Shown here in pieces: positions 10,616 through 22,627 of a stretch of 32,106 nt of DNA. Within the stretch, counting starts at the first letter, position 1. Every line of letters begins with the position of its first letter. A program made the position numbers and the translations under genes. The notes beneath the pieces are model-generated. The model did not search any database, was not told where the DNA came from, and saw only the letters and a program-made list of their open reading frames with translations. Location of the stretch: assembly GCA_021432655.1 (NCBI GenBank), contig MU271634.1, positions 4,802 through 36,907 of the forward strand. The letters run 5' to 3'. This DNA is from Atractiella rhizophila (Eukaryota).

Positions 10616-13600
10616 ATGGCATCGAGTGATCCCCCTCTTCTTCAGTCTACCAACACCTCAGCCACCGTCTCCAAGCGCAGTGCAGAGAGGGCAGGGTACT
10701 TTGAACAAGAACAGTGGTTGCGGCCGTTCGTCGCTACCAGCACTGGTGGTCAAGGTGGGAGTGGAGGAGGGAAGGTGAAGAGGAGAAGTCCGTGAGTCCT
10801 TTGTAATAATATGTAATTCTTCTGCAAGTGTCACCCTTTGGATCAAGTTACGATGCCGACTTTGGTGGTGTCTGTCCTGATCATTACTTGAGATTATTGT
10901 CTATGTTTGCTTGTACTCTTCCGAGTCTGATTAGTTTGTTTCATGGCATGTGTAATCTTACAAAGTGAGCATGATAAGTAATTGAACGAGGACAGTTTAA
11001 TCTGTTGTTCGTAGCCATTGTTGGTGTGATTTTGTAGTCCAAGTTTGAAGGCTAGCGTTAGAGATTCCGCTGCCTGATATGAATCTGAATGACGCTTCTT
11101 CCTATGATAAGGACGAATATGCAACAAAATGGACGTAGTCCTCTTGCCAAAATATCGAGAACGATATACCATTTGTTGTAGTAATAGTTTCATTCGGAAA
11201 ACGATGGAGCTCTATTCATGATCTACTCCTTCGTTGCAGCGTGACCATTAACGTAATGTAACGTATCTGAAGCCAGATAAACCTCGGGTACTACATCCGA
11301 TCCCACCTCATCCAACGCACCATCAACTCATACATCTCTCTCTCCTCCACTAAATCTCCCCCAAATCCAGCGATCCTAGTGAACTTAGGCAGTGGCTACG
11401 ACGCGACCTTCTTTCGTCTTTGCTCCTCTCATGAAGGAAACGGAAACATCTACGTCGTGGACGTCGACTACCCTGCGCTCATAGAGAATAAGAAGCGGAT
11501 CATCGAGTCTGATCCGGCTCTCGCTGACTTTTTTGAAGAGGGGAAGGTGAGGGATGGATGGAATGCGGCGAAGAAGTACACAAAAATGTTCTATGCCTTG
11601 CTTGGGAAGGATTTGGGAGATCTGGTCGGGTTTAAAGAGGGACTGGGGGCCTTGGTAAAAGATGTAGAAGGTCGAGAAGGCAGACAAGCTTCGATTGCAT
11701 TTATAGCTGAGGTCTGTCCTTTAACCGTTTTCTCATCTAATGAATTATTTGATAAAGAGAATTTAGGTCTCCATAATCTATTTACCACCTGAGCACACCC
11801 GAGCAATCCTCGACTACGTGTCTACCTTCCCACAGTCCACCTTCATCGTATTGGAACAGTTCATCCCGTCCCCTCAAGCGAATTCGACATATGTTCAAAC
11901 CATGTTGACACATTTTAAGACGCACCAAACCCCTCTTCTCTCCCTTTCTCCCCCTCCAGAAGGCTGGCGAAGCTTGTCGGAGTTTGAGGACCGCTTGAAG
12001 AGTCGTTGGAAGGTGGCCAGAACGAGGACCATGAGAGAGCTCTGGGAAGAGGAGTGTCAAATGGAGGAGGGGCAGAGACGAAAGTGGACGAAAGAGGAGT
12101 TCGATGAATGGTCAGTGACGAGTGGGGCTTTTGGTTGTAAACTGACTTGGAGCTCAGGGAAGAGATCCTACTCTTCTTGTCTCATTATTATATTGGTGTT
12201 GCATCTAAAGAAGACGATGTCGCCTCCATCCTCGCATGTAATGGGTCCAGCTTTGTCTCTGTCCCGTCCCCTCAACCTAATGGACCTTCAATACTTCCCA
12301 CTTCACCACTTCCATCGTCCCCCTCCAAGGGCGAGGTAAAGCCTCTGCATGCGTTCCACCCCTCTCTTCGTCTCAAGCTCCGTGGTCACAGTCTGCATTC
12401 TCTCGGTGGTGGAAAGTTCCTCATCTTCGGTGGATACGGCGGGAGTGGAAAAGCATTGGCGCGGACCAACGAAGTGCGCCTGCTCTCTATCTCTAAAGAC
12501 GGCACGCCGACCCTCGTCACCCTGCAATGTTCCGGTCCTGCCCCCACTGCGAGAGTACACCACGTAGGTTTTGTGTTGGGAGGAAAGGTTTACGTGCATG
12601 GAGGTAGACAGGGACCGGCGACGCCAATGGACGACCTTTGGGAACTGGATGTCGAGAAGCGGGAGTGGAAGCTACTAAGGAAAGAAGACGTCACTGGACC
12701 TAGCCCTAGGTCGAGACACGCTTGTGTCGTTTTGAAGATTGGACAAGAGGAGTGTACATTGATCGGCGGTGGCATCGGGCTGCAGGGAGATGTTAAAGGA
12801 GATTGGTGGATATGGCGTGGAGGAAAGGGATGGAGTGAGGTGGAGTTGGAGAGCGAGCTAAGGGTGTTTGGGTGCGATTTAGTCCAGTGCCATCCCTCAA
12901 TAGAGCCTGAGAGCTCGGATGTTGAGCTGGTTCTGCTCGGAGGCTTAAACCAGAAATATCAGATTGCCCAAACGAGGTCCATGCGGCTTCATATCGCTTC
13001 GGGAAGTGCGAGATTGCAAGACGTCACACGGCTCCATTTTCACCATGCTTGCTTCGGTCCTCTCCGTGCTCGCTTCGGGTCCCGCGCTACGTCTCCTTCT
13101 CCCGGTGCCGTCGTGATGCATGGAGGAGTTTCCTCTTCCTCTTCTTTGCCACCGGAACAGGACGCTATCCTCCTGGACTTGAACAATGCCTCATGGACTC
13201 CGGTTGCGCTGAATGGGGCGAAAGCACGTACAGGAATAGATCATGCCCTGGCAGCAGACGAGGATGGGAACATAGTGGTAGTGGGAGGAGCTTGTAATGC
13301 TTTCTCGTTTGGTACAAAGTGGGATGAGGAGCTGCTCATCCTCGGAACTGACTATCCTCAAAAAGTACGAGATGCGAAAGAAGTTATTTCGGGCGTGAAG
13401 GAACGATCGGTGATACCCAATGGAAACAATAAAGGAATTCTGAAGGAAGCAATCCCAATACAACGTGTTGAAGTGGGCAAGGAGGAAGAGTTTGAAGATA
13501 TCATGCGTGCCTGTCTTCCTGTCGTCATAACCGGTTTATCCCTCGGCTCTGCAAGTGAGAAGTGGACACCTGAGTATTTGACGGAGAGGGTGGGCAGCAA

Positions 13601-14763
13601 GAAGGCATGTCTTCAACAAAACTTATCGCAACGTTCTCAGTTCAGAAACAGGTCTCCGTCCACGTTTCAAGCACTGCGAATCTCTCCTGGCACGACAAGA
13701 ACTTCCGATACCAGACTATGAACTTCTCGGAACTTTTAACAAGAGTCTTTGCACCTGCGACAGGGTCGAGAGACGAGACAGTTTACCTTCGCTCGCTCAG
13801 CAGCTCAGCAAAACGAGCCGCCATGCTTGAAGATGACTTTCCAGAGCTTCAAGCTGATTTCGAAATCCCGTCTTGTCTGAAGGCGGTGAAAGAGGGAANN
13901 NNNNNNNNNNNNNNNNNNNNNNNNNNNNNNNNNNNNNNNNNNNNNNNNNNNNNNNNNNNNNNNNNNNNNNNNNNNNNNNNNNNNNNNNNNNNNNNNNNNN
14001 NNNNNNNNNNNNNNNNNNNNNNNNNNNNNNNNNNNNNNNNNNNNNNNNNNNNNNNNNNNNNNNNNNNNNNNNNNNNNNNNNNNNNNNNNNNNNNNNNNNN
14101 NNNNNNNNNNNNNNNNNNNNNNNNNNNNNNNNNNNNNNNNNNNNNNNNNNNNNNNNNNNNNNNNNNNNNNNNNNNNNNNNNNNNNNNNNNNNNNNNNNNN
14201 NNNNNNNNNNNNNNNNNNNNNNNNNNNNNNNNNNNNNNNNNNNNNNNNNNNNNNNNNNNNNNNNNNNNNNNNNNNNNNNNNNNNNNNNNNNNNNNNNNNN
14301 NNNNNNNNNNNNNNNNNNNNNNNNNNNNNNNNNNNNNNNNNNNNNNNNNNNNNNNNNNNNNNNNNNNNNNNNNNNNNNNNNNNNNNNNNNNNNNNNNNNN
14401 NNNNNNNNNNNNNNNNNNNNNNNNNNNNNNNNNNNNNNNNNNNNNNNNNNNNNNNNNNNNNNNNNNNNNNNNNNNNNNNNNNNNNNNNNNNNNNNNNNNN
14501 NNNNNNNNNNNNNNNNNNNNNNNNNNNNNNNNNNNNNNCCAGGACTGTACGACAAAAAGGACGTTTGGGGTAATGTTGACTTGGTTCCTTTCCGTGAGGC
14601 CAAAGCACAAATTCTCAAAACAGTCCAAGAACAGTTTGCCACCTTACATCCTCAGCAAAAGAGTTTTTATCTCAAAAAGCTAGGAATGGAATTAATCGCT
14701 CTAGGCGAGGATAATGTACAAGAAATAAGCACACAAATCAGTGTACAAACAGGTGTAGCATGA
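10616..14763 (+). CDS. PPM2: tRNA wybutosine-synthesizing protein 4 / leucine carboxyl methyltransferase 2 (LCMT + Kelch + JmjC); interrupted by assembly gap
   Basis: LQSTNTSATVSKRSAE...KRRSP|xINLGYYIR, VNLGSGYD, VDVDYP, AEVSIIYL, EEFDEWEE (LCMT domain). Kelch repeats FGGYGG, ARVHH, VHGGRQGP, PRSRH. JmjC start PVVITGL...KWTPEYL...VYLRSLS. After the gap, YDKKDVWGNVDL...FYLKKL. First intron 10792-11272 (acceptor slightly uncertain); GC-AG intron 13605-13651. Confidence 0.9.
13899..14538. other. Assembly gap (640 N) inside the PPM2 JmjC region
   Basis: Run of N bases; both flanks translate as PPM2/JmjC sequence. Confidence 1.
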
Positions 14764-14783
14764 AATGGTATGTTAACAGAACC

Positions 14784-17700
14784 TCAATCTTTGTCCTCCC
14801 CGTCTTCTGGAGGGTCGGGCTGCTTATCCCTAGCGACTCGAATGCGCATCAGAGATTTATCTTTCCAAGTCAATTCAGCTGGCAAGGGGTATTAGCATTG
14901 AGTTGGGTAGGTGAATCGGTTGAACGTACCAGTGCGATGGAGGGACTCAATTTCATCTATCCTTTCACGAACACTGTCGAGATTTTTCTTGGAATTCTCT
15001 CTGTATACCAGTTTCCTCATAGCGTTGAGCATTAACCTACAACGCTTCCATCAGTACTGGTTCTTCCACTGGCGGATTTCGAACCTTGAATCAGCTCGCA
15101 CGTTATGATTAACATCAATGGTCACAATGCAGTCATTGTCCCTGCCACTTGCTCAGCGGACCGCTTCAACAGAGGGTTAAAGGAGCTGGCTCACAAGAGC
15201 GGGAGGAAGTCGGCCTGGTCATCACCTGTCGCGCTGCACCTGTTTCGACTCAGTCAGACGGCGAATGGGAAAACAAGATTCATTACCGTAAGGTACAAAT
15301 CCGTTGATGTGACCTTCCTTCATGCCCTCCTCTTGATCTTCCTCAAGGTCATCGGCTCGTTTTACCAATTCCTGCCCAAGACTCGTTAATTCTGAGTTTT
15401 GAGAAAGCGAGGAAGACAGACTTGGAAGAGTAAGAAGGAAGAGGACGAGAACTTTTGCTCGTCCATTACCTATGCGCCAGAGTCATTGATACATTCCCTC
15501 AGCCAAAGGAAAAGTGAAATTACATCATCGTCGCCTATTGCCCACCGGTATATCAGTCAATCCTGCATTCAAAGTTGAAAGAAGGTCACAGTCAACGATC
15601 AACCCAAGTTTAGCTTCCAGCCAGTTAGCTTCGAAATCCACCAACTCTCGGGCCGCCTGCTCCATGTCGAATTGTCTCACGACACGAGCGAGATAACTTG
15701 GCCGTCCTAAATTCTCCTTCAGTTCCATCACAACAAGTTTGGGCTATACAGAAGCACTGACCACCAACTATGTCCCATATCTTGAAAGCGTCCTTCTCGC
15801 AGACTTTCTCACCGAAGTGTCTCAGTCGAATAGCCTTGATCATTTTCATGGCAGAATTCTGATCCAGATCCGAGATCGAAAGCACCCGCATCCCTATCCA
15901 AACGAACAAAACCACAATTCAGTTCGTTCACTGACAACTTGGAGAAAAGGGTACCCACGCGAGCCGAACTTTTTCATCTTATCGAAGATCCAGGCATCAT
16001 CTGCTCCACCATGAGCCCAACTTGCCGTCAGTAGCAGAGCGGAACATATACCCGAGTTAAATACCATAGTGAGCACGCCGGCTTGAGCCCAACTCTCGGC
16101 CCTCTGTTGCAAACAGTGCAAGATCGGAGCGCCTTGTTCATCCTTACCCCTCAAACTGTCAATTTTGACTTCCACAGATGAAATGAGGAGATAAGGGCTC
16201 ACATTGCGCAAGTAATGAATATTGTTGAAAATCAGCACAAGCGGTCGTCCACGCTTCTTTCGATACCTGATTGCGACCTATCAGGTGTTGAGCAGGATCG
16301 AACCTGCTCAAAGGAAATAATATACCTTCTCCAGTTTGTTCAAAGCGCGTTCAATGTCCAATATCGCTCCTGCCTCTCGCGGATCCTTCCTTTGAAAAAG
16401 TCCATTCTGCCAATCCATAGGCGGTGCTCAACTCCGAGTCTCATAGTAGAAGGGATGAAGGGAGACGTACGAGCGAGTCCTCGTAGAACTCAAAGTTGAG
16501 GCATTTGCCCAACCGAAGTCTGAACACCTCTGGATCTGCTCATACCCATCCACCGGTATCAGCATCGATTCTTCCGTATGAGAGATAGGAGGGGAAGTGA
16601 AGGCTGACCTTCGTGTGCTTCGCATAGGGAGACCCCGTCAGCCTCACATTGTCGCATCGCTTCTATGAGCCTGTTCACACCGTGTCAACACGTTACTACC
16701 ACCTGACCAAAAAGTCGAGGCAGAAGGATTCCTACATAGACGTCTTTCCTGTGCCCTAAAGCCTAGTCAGTTTTCTTCTCCCTCAAATCAGGCGCAAGGA
16801 AGCACCTTAGGACCAAGAATCAAATCTATTCCTTCCCTTGAGCATGCATGTTTCGAAAGAAAGAAACGAAAGAAGAAGACAAACAGTAGCTCCCGACCTC
16901 CGCGCCCATCACGATCCGTTCCAAAAGTTCCTGTTCAGGCCTTCGAAACCAGAGTTCACCCTCCTCCTCCTCGTCTGGACTTTGACTCTTGGCGTTCGCC
17001 TTGTCGAGTTCGAGGACGGGGTCGAAGCCTTTGTCGAACGAGACGGCGATCTTGTAGAGGACGTGCCACTTGTAGAAGTGGTAGTAGGAGATACCTGCTA
17101 ATGCTACGAGACCCAGACCTGTTCCGAGTTCAGACACTTGAAAAGGGGAGGAGGACAAGAACAATTTGTCGAGGAATGCAGCTCCGATTGCAACAGGAGA
17201 AGGCCCTCTGGAAAGATGGGCCACAGTTTGTAGGAAAGCAGTGCAACGAAATGTTGTATGAGGAGAAGGTATCAAACGACCAGCTAAGTTGCAATATATT
17301 GCGCCGTACACGAATGGCAGTGGGAAGCATGCTCGAGGCAGTGATACAGCAGCTAGTTCTCCATCGATTGGGTGAATATTGACTTAGCGTCCTCCTAAAC
17401 GAAACAAGATGTGTATCATGCTATCCGAAATGCCTCTCCAGAGTCGACGAGGCAGGAAAGGCAGGATAGCCTTTGATTCGCCATGATGCTCCAAGCGAGA
17501 GGATCAACGAGACGTGGGAAGTAGAATAAGGATAAAGGGGCTGTAGACTTGTAAGAAGTTGTACTGGTCTGCAACGAAGCAAGGATGCACTTCGGAAACC
17601 TCGGGCAGAATTCATGGCAGCAAGGCGAAGCTGACAGTATACGAGGAGGACTCACCAGCTACAGTCTGGCCGCCAACGTCGAGGATAGGTCTCCAATTAA

Positions 17701-17963
17701 ATCCATCCTTCGCCTTCCCTCCATCGTGTCCTCCTCCTTCACTATGCCCTTGAGAAGCGAAGCTCGCTGGCGTTGTCGGGGGTCCACCTCCATGTATCAT
17801 TTGAGCTCTCATGCCATGAAATTGCAGAGAGAAACACACCAGGAACGACGTTTGCGGGCTGCTGAGTGTCGAATGCCCGTCTCTGGGAGGAGTGGGAGAA
17901 GTGCCTGTGCCCACTGAGCCTCAGAGAGAACGCTCGCCAGGAGATGGTGTGGAGGCGTTGCAT
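14784..17963 (-). CDS. Conserved fungal P-loop/AAA+ ATPase-like protein, probably mitochondrial, with one TM helix and many small exons
   Basis: Start MQRLHTISWRAFSLRLS (presequence-like); TM GLGLVALAGISYY; spliced Walker A LILGPK|GTGKTS; LIFNNIHYL; LQQRAESWA...MVF; CDDDVMDEQK; IDVNHNVRADS; RERIDEIESLHRT. Stop TGA at 14786-14784. Second intron 17655-17119 (537 nt). Confidence 0.82.
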
Positions 17964-18221
17964 TGGGAGTGGATAAAGTTCGCTGTATTAAATGGAAGCA
18001 ACAAATGAATGAAATGAAAAGAGCGTCTGGAAACAAAGCGGCAGCCAAGCACAGTCTATATAGATCTATATGCAAGCAACGGGAGGTGGACACCTTGGGC
18101 TCAGTGCGGGCGGAAGTGGCTTCTCGCCATACAAACCTTCATCTTTATCATCTAGCATCTAATCTTTGGCTTGTCCAATGTCAACTGGGATTCAAGTTGA
18201 AGTTGAGTACAGAGCAGCAGG
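17964..18221. promoter_or_regulatory. Bidirectional promoter region between the AAA+ gene and NAA25/MDM20
   Basis: The divergent starts are separated by 258 nt. A central TATA-like palindrome ATATAGATCTATAT lies at 18058-18071. Confidence 0.55.
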
Positions 18222-21200
18222 ATGCACATAGACTTCCATATCAGCGGCATCGTCAACTCCTTTCTCGCCAGGAAAAGGATCCTCAACCCTTCCGGCGCGG
18301 ATGCCAGAATTTTTGGTGCAGTGTGCGGTGCGTACTTACTGTTTGATTTCTGCTCTTTTCTTCAACTGTTGTTTGTCATTTGCGAGTCTTCTATTCCTTT
18401 CTTCGGAGAGCACAATGAGGAGGCGTTGACAAGATTAACGCAATCCACGATCGCTCCTTCTCCGTCCAATCTGTCACCGTGCAGGGCGATACTGTCATCC
18501 ATAAAAGCATCTAATCCGATGAGAGGGTTTCACATTGATCAGCAAGCTGTCGTAAATTACTTCCTAACAGAGCTTTCCATCCAATTTGAGATGCGGGTAT
18601 TGAGGCTCTCCATCTGTCATGTTCAACTTGGATGCAGAATAATCAGGGGAAATTGACATTGGCTGCTCCAACATTTTACATCATTCCACCTGTCTGAGAT
18701 ATGTGGAATGATCCTACCACACCGTCTTCTTAGAAGTTCAGACTGTAAGGCATGATTGCCTCTTCGCTCTTTATCCTTCGATATCACGACAGGAGTTGTA
18801 GGAGGGGCGAGGCCGGAGGCTGCTCTTTGACTCTTCCTAGCGAGGGTCTTTATGTGATAAATTTCACATTTCGGTGGTATCGCCATCCGTAACATTCTTT
18901 ATTACGCATCAGTTCCCGAATCTCCTCTAAAGAATTCATGTCGAAGAGGACGGCTACCTCGTTTCTGGCTCAGCAAGGCCATCAGACTTGTCAAAACAAA
19001 CTAGTATATTACAAGGAACACCATGCTATTCCTTCTCACTTAACTATCATCTATTTAACAGATTCAAGCACTCACTCTGGACGTAGATGCCCTCGAAGTT
19101 GGAAACTATAGGCTTGCTTCGACGATCTGTACCAAAAGCCTTCGAAAGTTCCCAGCCTCTCCTCCAGCACCCCCTCCGCCGGTCCTCTCGCCATACTATG
19201 TCTTCTTGACTTTTCAGGCTCTTTGCCAATTCAAGTTGCACCAGTTACCGGAAGCGCTCAAGCTCGTCTCTCAGCTCAAGAGCTCCAAGCTCGCGATCGG
19301 TGATCCCGACGTCCTAGTCTTCCTCGAAGTCATAATGGCCGGCCTCGGTCAACGAGAGGAGGAGATCCTACTCGTTTTTGAAGAGGCAGTAAAACTGTAC
19401 CCGGATAACGACGATGTGCTCGTTGAAGCTTTCATATTCTACATTCGGCAAGAATTGTATAAGAAGGCACAACAGCTTGGACTCAAAATCCTCAAATCTC
19501 TGCCTACGGGTTCTACTCAGACGGGCAACAAAGAAGCTGATGGGAACAAATACTTTTGGTGGACCATCATGACGACCATTCTCCAAGTCCAATCACTATT
19601 AAGGAAAGGAGATGCCAAGTCAAAAACGGAAGCAAGTCTCCCTCTTGCTATCGCCTCTCGCATGTTCTCTCAACACCTTACCCCACCGAATAAAGCCGAC
19701 AAGGACAAACGCGAATGGTTTGAAACACAACACCAATTTTTCCTACTAGCCAAGCTGCTGAAATGTCGTCTCTCCATCGCTCCGCCGTCTCCGACAAAGG
19801 AAAGTCCCACAGGCTCTACAGGAGAGCAGTTTCAGGCGATTGATGAGCGTGGTATCATTAACCTCCTCGCAAAACCAATAAATGCCGTGACGGAGGACGA
19901 GTTGAGAGCGGGCCTTATAGCCTTGTTCAATATCGAGGAAGGCAAGAAGTGGTGTTCTCAAGCTCTGGGGCTTGAAATTTGGAGAAGAGAAGAGGAGTTG
20001 GAGGGATTCCCGAAAACAATCAGAGAATGCTGGGAGCGAATGAAGGCAGAGCTGGAGGCTGGGTGGGTTCATCTCCCTTGTTTTTGCCTAAAAGAAACCT
20101 AACTGGAATTTTAGTGACACTAATTGGCACTCACTCCTCTCATTCGTCCGTGCCTCCGTATCTCTTTCCGATCATGCCGTTGTCGAGCAGACCCGCCAAC
20201 TTTTACAGTCTCTTTCGGAAGGCGAGAATTCGCGTGAAAGAGGTTACATTCTAGCACGAATCGAATTGGAACTACGGTTACGGAAAGCGCGTAGGACGTT
20301 AGAATCGGACTCTTCCAGCGAAAGTGAGAGTTCGACACGAGATCGGTCGGTCGTCGACTTGTTGGTGACTTATTTTCAGAGGTTCGCCAGCAAGACATGT
20401 TGTTTCGATGATCTCAGAGCTCACCTCAAAACGATCGAGAAGTCGGAACAGGCTGCGCTTTTGGAGGAGCTAGAGAAGGAGGAGAGTCTGAGTGCCGATC
20501 AAGTTCGTCCATTACTAGCTTCCTTTTCAGACGGAGAAGGATAACTGATTTATAGGCCCGATCTAGAATATCGATCAGGTCCAGCGGTTGATAAATTATG
20601 AGAAAATCAAGCGTGTTTTGACTCTGGACGAGGCCGATATGACGATTGAGAAGCAGGAAGGACATATGAAGAGATATCTTAAATCTTATTTCGACGCTTT
20701 ACCGCTCGGTGCGCTCCATCCTACCTGTCGCAGTCTTGAGTTGAAGAGGGGGACAGGTAAAGGACTCCCTTCTTCTGACTTGCAGCCTGCGGACGACTTC
20801 GCCATGCTAGCAGCCCAAGCGTGTGTCTCACTCTGGAGTTTATCGAGTAGGCCTCTCACTACACTCATCTACTTCTGGAGTGAACAAAAAATAGAAAATA
20901 TCTCCTATCTACAACAAGCGGTCGTCATTCTCGAATTTGCCTCAAAACGCAGCAAACATAAATACCAGCTTCGAGTGTTACTCATTCGTATATACCGCCT
21001 CCTAGGTGGTTTCTCTCTTCCCTTCCTCAGACGTTCTTTGTAATCATCTGTACCCAGGAGCACCGTCGCTCGCTTTGTCCCACTGGCGCCTCGTTGGCTG
21101 CAAACAGATTCAAATGGAAACCATCAGTCACTACATGGCAGACCGCTCTTCGACATTCTCTCTTGGACTCATTGGAGATCAGACATATTTCCTAGAAAAT

Positions 21201-22492
21201 CTCGCCATGTTGAATATCTTGAGGCAGTGCGAAACAGAGACTGGAGAGATGATTGTCCGCACCTTTTCATATCAGAATTACACCAAGGTAAAGATCTTTT
21301 ATTATCCATTGCTAATCTCTAACCCACGAAAAGTCGGAAGACTTTGTTGGTTTCAAACTTCAACTGCGCGAGTCGTTTCAACGTCACGTTCTGGAACATG
21401 AACATCGGAGACTGAAGTGGTTGAGAGGGCCAGAAACCATAGATATCGCGGAATTGAGTAATTTTCTCGTTTTGCTGTGTCACGATTTTGTCGCTCATTC
21501 CACTTAGCCCTTCAACGTTCTGAGGCGGAACCTGATCTTGTTGACAATCGAGATTTCTCACTGATACCAGATTTTCAACCATATCGTTTTGGATCCATTG
21601 ATACTGATACATCTATGGGGCCTAAACTTACGGTATGTCGGTGCTACTAGATCTGCCTTATCTTATTCTGCAACTCTAGCCCTCGTGGCTGAAGAAAATG
21701 TCTTCCCTGTATCGATATTCTCTCCTCTCCGATGGTCATGATGAGAACGCCTCCGACAGCTCAGGCGTGAGTTTACTGCTTTCTGCTTTCTACGAGCGAT
21801 TTCCTGCTCACATGGGACTCAACAGCTGACTGCGTACGAAGGACTCATGGTCTCAGGCTCAGATGATATCAAAGCTTGGAATAACCGTCCTGCTGATAAG
21901 CAATCGTCTGAAAAAGCCGAAGAATCGATAAACTCAATGTTTACCCGTTTGAATCGTGACCTGAAGACCTACCTGTCTGGCACATCCGACCACCCAGGAC
22001 AGGGCATCCAGCTTCCATGGGAGCTCTTACATGTTTCTCAGATATCTCTCGAGGTAGGTTATTTGTCCTTCTTAAGGTTGTGCTAATGTGAAGTGCAGAT
22101 GTTCCAGCTGTATGACCAGCAGCTTGATCGGTTTGCTTCGAGCGCTTCTTCGCTTTCCTTGGATGGCAAAGGACTTAAAAAGATGAAGCTGAATCTTCGG
22201 GAGCAAATGAAAGGCGTCGCTGCCACGATCACTGCAGCTGCTGGAACGAATCTCGCCAAAGACAAAGAAAAGCAAAAATGGAAAGCAGAAACGAGCGCCA
22301 TGCTCTCAAGTCTCACACTTGTGAAGGAGTTCCCATTGGTGCGTGGATCAACGCCACGACAATCATATTCTGATGTCCCTCTCACAGCTGGATGAAGATT
22401 TCCTCTACCAGGTTGCTGATAATTTGTCGGACTCACGGAAAAAGGCACTTGTCGGTGTTAGCCAAGTTTTAACAAGGAGATGCCAAAAATGA
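18222..22492 (+). CDS. MDM20: NatB N-terminal acetyltransferase auxiliary subunit (Naa25/Mdm20)
   Basis: Exon 1 (18222-18327) joins via intron 18328-19086 to give DARIFGAVC|DALEVGNY. Later motifs: YFWWTI, ERGYILA, YFQRFASKTCCFDDLR, LPSSDLQPADD, KYQLRVLLIRIYRLLGAPSLA, KQIQMETISH, DNRDF. Last exon 22388-22492. The exon 1 assignment is less certain than the rest. Confidence 0.9.
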
Positions 22493-22627
22493 TAGACCTT
22501 GAAAAGCATACAAAAGGTGTATCATTACGAGTCATTAAGAGGGAGCATGTTGCTTGAAGCACCGAATACCGAAATGTAATCACAATACCCAAGGTGCTAC
22601 TGATAAATAAAACGCGTGCGGGTCAAC

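Noticed and set aside
10792..11272. Box C/D snoRNA in the long introns
   Set aside because: CTGA boxes occur, but I found no canonical RTGATGA C box on the sense strand of this or the other long introns. An Infernal or snoscan run would be needed to exclude degenerate or H/ACA RNAs.
13797..14683. Long ORFs of 259-358 aa spanning the N run
   Set aside because: Artefacts of translating through the assembly gap.
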